A stretch of DNA of 64,000 bases from contig JBGSVZ010000042.1 in the NCBI GenBank assembly GCA_041752695.1, positions 22,064 through 86,063 of the forward strand, in the 5' to 3' direction. Below the pieces are notes generated by a model. The model was not told the DNA's origin and did no database searches. It was given only the letters and a program-made list of their open reading frames with translations. Position 1 is the first letter of the stretch. Each line of letters opens with the position of its first letter. This document shows positions 57,318 through 64,000 of the stretch, in pieces. The position numbers and the translations under genes are program-made. Origin of the DNA: Terrimicrobiaceae bacterium. Its GTDB lineage: Bacteria > Verrucomicrobiota > Verrucomicrobiia > Chthoniobacterales > Terrimicrobiaceae.

Positions 57318-57931
57318 AAGCCAACTTCCCACATGTTTATCTACCCGGAAAATCCGACCGCACGCTCCTGCTGCTGCACGGCACTGGCGGTTCGGAAAAT
57401 GACCTGATCCCGCTCGGTCGCACGCTCGATCCCGACGCTGCGCTGCTCAGTCCACGCGGCAAAGTGCTGGAGAATGGCATGCCACGCTTTTTCCGACGAC
57501 TGGCCGAGGGCGTGTTCGATGAGGAAGACCTGATCAACCGCACGCACGAACTGGCGGATTTTCTCGGGGAAATGACGGACCGGCACAGCCTCGTCCCGGG
57601 TCGAATGATCGCGGTCGGATATTCGAACGGGGCCAACATTGCCTCCTCGATGCTGCTCCTGCTTCCCGGCACGCTCGGCGGGGCCGCCCTCCTGCGCGGC
57701 ATGTTGCCGCTCGTCCCGGAGGTGCTGCCGGACCTGCAGAACGCACCGGTTCTCATCGCCGCCGGACACCAAGACCCCATCGTTCCCTCAGAGAACGTGC
57801 GCCGCCTTGCCACTCTTTTGAAAAACGCCGGGGCCGACGTCACCCTGCGTTTCGAAAATGCCGCGCACGGGCTGACCTCGCTCACGGTGGAGACGACCAA
57901 ACAGTGGCTGGAGGGTCAACCGCCGGCTTGA
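57314..57931 (+). CDS. Alpha/beta hydrolase (MhqD-like carboxylesterase)
   Basis: LLHGTGG.E, RFFRR, GYSNGAN nucleophile, DP..P, His in AHGL. Confidence 0.9.
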   Translation: MKANFPHVYLPGKSDRTLLLLHGTGGSENDLIPLGRTLDPDAALLSPRGKVLENGMPRFFRRLAEGVFDEEDLINRTHELADFLGEMTDRHSLVPGRMIAVGYSNGANIASSMLLLLPGTLGGAALLRGMLPLVPEVLPDLQNAPVLIAAGHQDPIVPSENVRRLATLLKNAGADVTLRFENAAHGLTSLTVETTKQWLEGQPPA

Positions 57932-58040
57932 CCGTTATTTTTGGGAAATACCGGCTGGTATTCCCTGCGCAGGAAAAGACGGTCAACCCGCGTGTTCAAG
58001 GTTGCCGAATACCGTGTGACTGGTTAGGACTACGCGGCCG

Positions 58041-59111
58041 ATGATCTCCATCACCATCGACAGTCTAGTCAAGAAGTTCGGCGATCAGGTCGCGCTCAAC
58101 GGTATCTCCCTGCGGGTCGAACCCGGGGAGATCTTTTTCCTGCTCGGGCCGAGCGGCTGTGGCAAGACCACTTTGCTGCGCAATATCGCGGGGTTTTACA
58201 TCCCGGAAAGCGGTCGAATCCTTTTCGGCGACGACGACGTGACCAACCTCCCGCCCCACAAACGCAACACGGGCATGATGTTTCAGAGTTATGCGCTGTG
58301 GCCGCACATGACCGTGGCCAAAAACGTGGCGTTCGGTCTGGAGGAACGCAAGGTGCCCGCCGCCGAGATCGCTCAGCGGGTGGAGGCCGCGCTCGCGTCG
58401 GTGAAGATGGAAAGTTACGCCTCGCGAAAAATCGCCCAACTTTCCGGCGGCCAGCAACAGCGCGTCGCCCTCGCCCGCGCCCTCGTCATCCGCCCGCGGG
58501 CCCTGCTCCTCGACGAACCGCTTTCCAACCTCGACGCCAAACTTCGTCTCGAGATGCGCACGGAAATCCGCCGCGTCTGCAAAGAATTCGGGCTCACGGC
58601 CATCTACGTCACCCACGACCAGAAGGAGGCGCTCTCGATTTCCGACCGCATGGCCATTCTGGAAGGCGGCAAGATCGCCCAGATCGGTGCCCCGGAGGAC
58701 GTGTACCGTCATCCCCACTCCCGGGTGGTGGCGGATTTTATTGGGGAAACAAATTTTATCCCCGGCAAGATCTTATCCGTTTCCGACTCGGCTGCGTCGG
58801 TGGAAACCGCCATCGGCACCTTCGAGGGCGTAGTGAGCGACCCGGCTTGGAAACCCACGAGCGGTGAAAGTGTCACCCTTTCCATCCGGCCCGAAAGCTG
58901 GAAAATCACCGAAGCCGCCCCCGCCGTGAACGCCACCCGGGGCCGCATCGGAGAGTCCATTTATCTCGGCGAGGTCGCCCAGTACCAGTTCTGTGCCGGC
59001 GACCAGCATTTGAAGATTTTTGAATTGAACCCCCGCCTCTCCGTCCGGCCCGCCGATCGCGATTTTTTCGCCAGCGCGCTCCCGGAGGATGTGGTCGTGC
59101 TGCGGAAATGA
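58041..59111 (+). CDS. ABC transporter ATP-binding protein (FbpC/PotA-like)
   Basis: GPSGCGKT, FQSYALWPHM, LSGGQQQR, DEPLSNLD, C-terminal TOBE-like region. Confidence 0.94.
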   Translation: MISITIDSLVKKFGDQVALNGISLRVEPGEIFFLLGPSGCGKTTLLRNIAGFYIPESGRILFGDDDVTNLPPHKRNTGMMFQSYALWPHMTVAKNVAFGLEERKVPAAEIAQRVEAALASVKMESYASRKIAQLSGGQQQRVALARALVIRPRALLLDEPLSNLDAKLRLEMRTEIRRVCKEFGLTAIYVTHDQKEALSISDRMAILEGGKIAQIGAPEDVYRHPHSRVVADFIGETNFIPGKILSVSDSAASVETAIGTFEGVVSDPAWKPTSGESVTLSIRPESWKITEAAPAVNATRGRIGESIYLGEVAQYQFCAGDQHLKIFELNPRLSVRPADRDFFASALPEDVVVLRK

Positions 59112-59133
59112 AATCGCCACAGGGCTGAATCCA

Positions 59134-60696
59134 ATGACCGGGCGCATTGTGGGAGTTCTGATCGCGTTGGTCGTTGTCCTGGCCTTCCCGTTTCTTTTGA
59201 AACCGAAGGAAAACCTGCTGGCGTCCGCGGACGACACGCTCGTCATCATCAGCCCGCACAATGAGGCCATTCGTTACGAGTTCAGCCGGGCTTTCGGCGA
59301 GCACTACAAAGCCAAAACCGGACGAACCGTGCGGATCGACTGGCGCATCGTCGGTGGCACCAGCGAAATTGCCAAATATCTCGACGGCGAATATTACAAT
59401 TCCTTCATGCGGACCTGGACTTCCTCGGGTCAGCCCTGGACCGATGAAGTTTCCGCCGCCTACAAAAACGCCACGACCGATTCGCCGGTGCGTCAGGCTT
59501 TTCTGGCCTCCGATGCAGGGATCGGGATTGACCTCTTTTTTGGCGGTGGCGCCTACGATTTCATCGCTCAGGCCAGGGCCGGCACACTGGTGGACAGCGG
59601 TCTGGTCACCAAACATCCGGAGTGGTTCACCGAGACAAGCATCCCTCCCTCGGTTTCCGGCGAGCAATTTTACGACCCCAAGGGACGTTGGATCGGGACA
59701 TGCCTTTCGGCGTTTGGGATTTGTTACAATTCCGATTCCCTGCACCGCCTCGGCGTGGAAATCCTGCCTTCCAGTTGGAGCGATCTGACCAACCCGAAAT
59801 TCTCCCACCAGGTGGCGCTGGCCGATCCCACCAAGAGCGGCTCCATCGCGAAGGCCTTCGAAATGGTCATTCAGCAGCAAATGCAGCAGGTCGTCGGAGA
59901 CGGCGAAGCCACCGAAGCCGCCCTCGCCGAAGGCTGGGCTCGCGGCCTGCAGCTTCTGATGAAAGCCTCCGCCAACTCGCGCTACTTTTCCGACGCGGCC
60001 GGCAAGGTGCCCATGGATGTGTCTCTCGGCGATGCGGCCATCGGAATGTGCATTGATTTTTACGGACGTTTCCAGAGCGAGGCGGTGAAAATCGGCGACG
60101 CGCCCTCGCGGCTGCAATATTTCACCCCGCTCGGCGGCTCGTCTGTGGGGGTCGATCCCATCGGCCTGCTGCGGGGCGCGCCGAATCGCGAAGTCGCCAT
60201 CGCGTTCATGGAGTTTGTCCTTTCCGAGGAGGGGCAAAAACTCTGGAACTTCAAGGTCGGCACGCCGGGCGGACCCACCCGCTATGCTCTTCGCCGCCTT
60301 CCCGTTCGCAAGGAACTCTACGCCCCGCAATTCGCCGCCTACCGCTCCGACCCCGAGACGCTCCCTTACGAGGAAGCTAAGTCGTTCACCTATCACGATA
60401 AATGGACCGGCTCCCTCTTCTCCGCTCTGCGGTTTATCATGCGCGTGAGCTGCATCGACTCTCACCAGGAACAGGCCTCCGCCTGGCAGGCCTTGATCAA
60501 GGCCAACTTCCCGCCCGAGGCCACCGCCGCCTTTTCCGATATTTCGGCCATCGATTACACCACGGCCGCGAACGTCATCCGACCCGCCTTGAAGGGCTCG
60601 ACGCCGCTGGCCGAGGTCCAACTCGCCGCGCGCCTCGGGGAACATTTCCGCGCACAATACCGCCGCGCTGAACAACTCGCCAAGGAGGGCAAATGA
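59134..60696 (+). CDS. ABC transporter substrate-binding protein (iron/AfuA-like)
   Basis: N-terminal TM anchor, DLFFGGG, P.SWSDL, ADPTKSGS, F.EFVLS.EGQ. Confidence 0.85.
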   Translation: MTGRIVGVLIALVVVLAFPFLLKPKENLLASADDTLVIISPHNEAIRYEFSRAFGEHYKAKTGRTVRIDWRIVGGTSEIAKYLDGEYYNSFMRTWTSSGQPWTDEVSAAYKNATTDSPVRQAFLASDAGIGIDLFFGGGAYDFIAQARAGTLVDSGLVTKHPEWFTETSIPPSVSGEQFYDPKGRWIGTCLSAFGICYNSDSLHRLGVEILPSSWSDLTNPKFSHQVALADPTKSGSIAKAFEMVIQQQMQQVVGDGEATEAALAEGWARGLQLLMKASANSRYFSDAAGKVPMDVSLGDAAIGMCIDFYGRFQSEAVKIGDAPSRLQYFTPLGGSSVGVDPIGLLRGAPNREVAIAFMEFVLSEEGQKLWNFKVGTPGGPTRYALRRLPVRKELYAPQFAAYRSDPETLPYEEAKSFTYHDKWTGSLFSALRFIMRVSCIDSHQEQASAWQALIKANFPPEATAAFSDISAIDYTTAANVIRPALKGSTPLAEVQLAARLGEHFRAQYRRAEQLAKEGK

Positions 60697-62474
60697 AGAA
60701 CGACACGGAGACAGGGAGACGCGGCAACGCGGAGCAAAACACTTCACCGCGTCCCCCCGTCTCCGCGTCCCGACGTCCGGCCCTCCTCACCGGCCCGGTT
60801 CTCGTTTACGCCTTCACGATAGTCTTTTTCCTCTTCTTTTTTGCCCTCCCGATTTGGGAAACTCTCGGCGGCGCCTTCCGCAATCCGGGCGGAGGATTCA
60901 CCCTCGACTATCTCATCGAGGTCTTCCGCAACCCCATCTATCTCGAGGGCCTTTGGAACTCCGTGCAGATGGCCGTCTGGAGCACCCTGCTCACCTCCGC
61001 GATTGCTCTGCCGCTCGCCCTGCTCACCGACCGCTACCTTTTTCCCGGCAAAAGCATTTTCTCCGCCCTGATTCTCATCCCGATGATTCTGCCGCCCTTC
61101 GTCGGTGCCATCGGGGTGAAACAAATTCTCGGCCAGGAAGGTGCGCTCAACGCGTTTCTTGAAACGATTTTCCTCGTGGACCCCAACCACCCGATCGACT
61201 GGCTGGGACAGAGCCGCCTCTTCGGCGTGGTGGTGATGAACGCCCTCCACCTCTATCCCATCCTTTACCTCAACCTGGTCGCCGCCCTGGCCAATGTGGA
61301 CCCCGCCATGGAGGAGGCCGCGGAAAATCTCGGCTGCACGGGGTTCCGCAAATTCCGCAAGATCACCCTCCCCCTCATCATGCCGGGCTTTTTCGCGGGT
61401 GGGATCATCGTTTTCATCTGGGCCTTCACCGAACTCGGCGTGCCCCTCATGTTCGACTTCAGCCGTGTGACCTCGGTGCAGATTTTCAGCGGCATCAAAG
61501 ACATCGGCGGGAACCCTTTTCCCTTCGCGCTGGTCGCCGTGATGCTCATCTCCACCGTCCTCCTCTACGGCCTGAGCAAGGCCACTCTCGGCCGGGCGAG
61601 TCATGCCATGATGGCCAAGGCCACCAGCCAGGGCGGACCGCGGCCCACCAGCGTTCTCGGCGGCTGGGCCATCACCGCGTTTTTCGCCTTCATCACCTTC
61701 GTCGCCGTGTTGCCCCACCTCGGTGTGGTCCTGGTGGCTTTCTCGCGTGATTGGTATGGCACTATCCTGCCGGATGGCTGGACGCTCGACCATTTCCGTC
61801 AGGCCCTCGGCCACGACCTCACCCTCCCTTCCATTCAGAACAGCCTGAAATACGCCTCTCTCGCGACCCTCATCGACATCGTCCTTGGCATCGCCATTGC
61901 TTACGTCGTCACCCGGACCAAACTCCCCGGCCGCCAGATTCTCGACACCCTTGCCATGCTTCCCCTCGCCGTGCCCGGACTGGTGCTGGCGTTCGGCTAC
62001 CTCGCCATGACCCAGGAAGGCAAACTTTTCGCCTTCATGAATCCGACAATTGACCCTCTCATGATTCTGGTCATCGCCTACAGTGTCCGTCGGCTGCCCT
62101 ACGTCGTGCGCAGTGCTGCCGCCGGGTTTCAGCAAACCAGTGTCACCCTCGAAGAAGCCGCGCAGAATCTCGGCTGCACGCCCTTCCGCGCCCTGCGCAA
62201 AATCACCCTCCCCCTTATTGCGGCCAATCTCATGGCCGGCGGCCTCCTCGCCTTCAGCTTCGCCATGCTGGAGGTGAGCGACAGCCTCATCCTCGCCCAG
62301 AAACAGCAGGATTTCCCCATCACCAAGGCCATCTACGAACTCTACAATCTGCTCGGAGACGGACGTTTCATCGCCAGCGCCCTCGGTGTCTGGGCCATGA
62401 TTTTCCTCGGGATCTGCATTTTGGGTGCCAGCCTGATTCTTGGCAAAAAACTTGGGGCCATCTTCCGGGTGTAG
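60693..62474 (+). CDS. ABC transporter permease (FbpB-like, two TM modules)
   Basis: Two EAA loops (EEAAENLG, EEAAQNLG), ITLPL. Confidence 0.92.
   Translation: MKNDTETGRRGNAEQNTSPRPPVSASRRPALLTGPVLVYAFTIVFFLFFFALPIWETLGGAFRNPGGGFTLDYLIEVFRNPIYLEGLWNSVQMAVWSTLLTSAIALPLALLTDRYLFPGKSIFSALILIPMILPPFVGAIGVKQILGQEGALNAFLETIFLVDPNHPIDWLGQSRLFGVVVMNALHLYPILYLNLVAALANVDPAMEEAAENLGCTGFRKFRKITLPLIMPGFFAGGIIVFIWAFTELGVPLMFDFSRVTSVQIFSGIKDIGGNPFPFALVAVMLISTVLLYGLSKATLGRASHAMMAKATSQGGPRPTSVLGGWAITAFFAFITFVAVLPHLGVVLVAFSRDWYGTILPDGWTLDHFRQALGHDLTLPSIQNSLKYASLATLIDIVLGIAIAYVVTRTKLPGRQILDTLAMLPLAVPGLVLAFGYLAMTQEGKLFAFMNPTIDPLMILVIAYSVRRLPYVVRSAAAGFQQTSVTLEEAAQNLGCTPFRALRKITLPLIAANLMAGGLLAFSFAMLEVSDSLILAQKQQDFPITKAIYELYNLLGDGRFIASALGVWAMIFLGICILGASLILGKKLGAIFRV
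60702..60777. repeat. Inverted arrays of 8-bp tandem repeats inside the permease 5' end
   Basis: gacacgga-gacaggga-gacgcggc-aacgcgga, 12-nt spacer, accgcgtc-cccccgtc-tccgcgtc-ccgacgtc. Confidence 0.75.
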
Positions 62475-62546
62475 CAGACTGCGCCCGCCCGCCTTTTGGA
62501 GAGATTCCCGCCGCGCGAAGCGGCCGGGTAAAGACTGCGACCGTAT

Positions 62547-63680
62547 TTAGTTTTTAGTAAAAACAGCCGAGGCAGTGCCGCTGGCAGTCGACCCGGTTTT
62601 GAACGCCTTTGCTTTGATCGTGGCAGACGCCTTTAGCGTGAAAGCCCTTTTGTACTTTGTAGAGCTTGCAGTCGGTTCGCTCCCATTGGTTGTGTAACGG
62701 ATGATCGCATTGCTGGTAGCGCACTTCAGGGATACCTTTACTGATTGTGAAAAACTCCCGCCGTTGGGGGAAATTGTTGGCGTTGCAACAATATTTCCGG
62801 ACTGACCAAGCACTTGAATTCGAGCAAGGACTTGATGGTAAGCAACCGATGTATATCCTTGTCGAAACTGACTTCGCAAATAGAGCCTGTAGGTATTGCC
62901 TGCAACACAGGGAAACGAGATAGCGTTATATGCTGCGGCCACCGGTACATAAGTGGCAAGCGAGTTTCCTTGCCCAGCCACTAGCGTAACATCGTCATTA
63001 CGAGGTGATTGAGCAGAAAAATATGCGGTTCCGGTGGTGGGTGCAGCGAAGCTGATCCACAGCCCTCCCTCGCTTGAGGAATAGTTAGGGGCACCAATGC
63101 TCTGCAGAAGGTTTTGTTCAAAAGGCTCAAAAGTCGCTTCGCGGCAATACTGAACAAAATAGACATCTGATCCATTGAGATTTAGCGGAGCAGAAAAGTT
63201 GTCGTTGCTAAGGGGCGCGACATAAAGCGTGTTCTGCGGTATGCTTGCGTCGCAACTCAGGCCTAGCACAAATGTTCCAAAATCATCATATATTCCGTCT
63301 GTATAAATGCAAATTTGATAGGTTGTCCCGGCTATAGCATAAAACTCCCCGACAGAGCCTCCTGTAGTATCGTATCTGGCAATGGTTTTGAGAGTGAGAA
63401 CATCTGTTCCGATCGAAATCGCAGCACGCAGGGCATCGCTTCTGGTGAACGTTGAGCTTAGCCTTGCAATACCCGAAACCGGTGCTGTCCATGAATACCA
63501 CACAGATACGTCCGCACTAAATGGATCCCCTGGCTCGATTGTGGAACCTACCGTTGTTCCTGTGAGAGTAGTCGAAGTGACTGAAGGAATAACAATGCGA
63601 TTCGCAAAGCTGTCGTTCGAGGGTGCCGCAACCAGGGAAGTGGAAACGCTTAACAAGATAATCGCAAGGATACTTTTCAT
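62547..63680 (-). CDS. Secreted protein with two NDxF-initiated beta modules and a C-terminal chitobiase/Fn3-associated domain
   Basis: Signal peptide, PSNDSF / LSNDNF repeats, VATPTISPNGG...IRYTTNGSEPT; visibly AT-richer than the rest of the window. Confidence 0.8.
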   Translation of the reverse strand: MKSILAIILLSVSTSLVAAPSNDSFANRIVIPSVTSTTLTGTTVGSTIEPGDPFSADVSVWYSWTAPVSGIARLSSTFTRSDALRAAISIGTDVLTLKTIARYDTTGGSVGEFYAIAGTTYQICIYTDGIYDDFGTFVLGLSCDASIPQNTLYVAPLSNDNFSAPLNLNGSDVYFVQYCREATFEPFEQNLLQSIGAPNYSSSEGGLWISFAAPTTGTAYFSAQSPRNDDVTLVAGQGNSLATYVPVAAAYNAISFPCVAGNTYRLYLRSQFRQGYTSVAYHQVLARIQVLGQSGNIVATPTISPNGGSFSQSVKVSLKCATSNAIIRYTTNGSEPTASSTKYKRAFTLKASATIKAKAFKTGSTASGTASAVFTKN

Positions 63681-63859
63681 AGGTTTTTGGAATTTTTTGG
63701 AACTAACTTCGAGGTCCGGCGCTAACAAGCCAGTTGATTACAAGCACATGCGGTCGCAGTCAACCCGACACCGGATTGTACCAATAATGTCACAAAGCAA
63801 CCCTACCACCCATGTTTCTTTGAAGTCAGAAGCCTGCAGTGCTCATGGAGCGTCATCTC

Positions 63860-64000
63860 TGAGGCGCGCGAAATTTCTGGACCAGGAAATAAAGGAATAA
63901 GCGACAATGAATCCAGTGACCAGAAAACGATATACAGCAGAGTTCAAGGCCCAGGCCGTAGGCCTTGTGAACCTGGGAAAGCCCGTGACGGAAGTTGCCC
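63860..64000 (+). mobile_element. Left end of an IS3-family insertion sequence (IRL plus start of orfA at 63907)
   Basis: TGAGGCGCGCGAAATTTCTGGACCA candidate IRL; MNPVTRKRYTAEFKAQAVGLVNLGKPVTEVA resembles the IS3 OrfA HTH; truncated by the window end. Confidence 0.82.

Noticed and set aside
63700..63730. Integron attC-like GTTAG sites upstream of the AT-richer gene
   Set aside because: No matching attC hairpin after the gene and no integron integrase in the window

Overview
High-GC bacterial chromosomal window with about 58 CDS. It is most consistent with a Verrucomicrobiota (PVC) genome; this is an inference from RNase HIII, the long N-terminally extended GreA, DUF5069 and the repeat types present. 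Housekeeping genes include trpB, mutY, rnhC, agmatine deiminase, greA, dapB, folK, panB, rodA, cimA, deoC, rpiB, pgi, TamA/TamB and ABC transporters. Three accessory blocks stand out. (1) A KaiA-less clock-like operon: flavin-binding split-barrel protein - kaiC - kaiB - PAS histidine kinase - small ORF, followed by a LabA/NYN gene, with a divergent LysR gene and two palindromic ATAGCC-N3-GGCTAT boxes. (2) An exopolysaccharide locus (five GT4, acetyltransferase, priming GT, OM beta-barrel, Wzc, Wza, VanZ fusion), interrupted by gntR-deoC. Its Wzc lacks the tyrosine cluster and ends in a Cys-rich domain plus a tandem helical repeat. (3) A LysR-controlled DoxX/ring-cleaving dioxygenase/esterase module. 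The window ends with an AT-richer secreted-protein gene bracketed by an 11-bp inverted repeat, then the left end of an IS3-family element. Several short palindromic repeat elements occur, two of them apparently read in-frame in protein N-termini. No rRNA, tRNA or CRISPR array was recognised. All family assignments come from motif recognition by eye, not from database searches.
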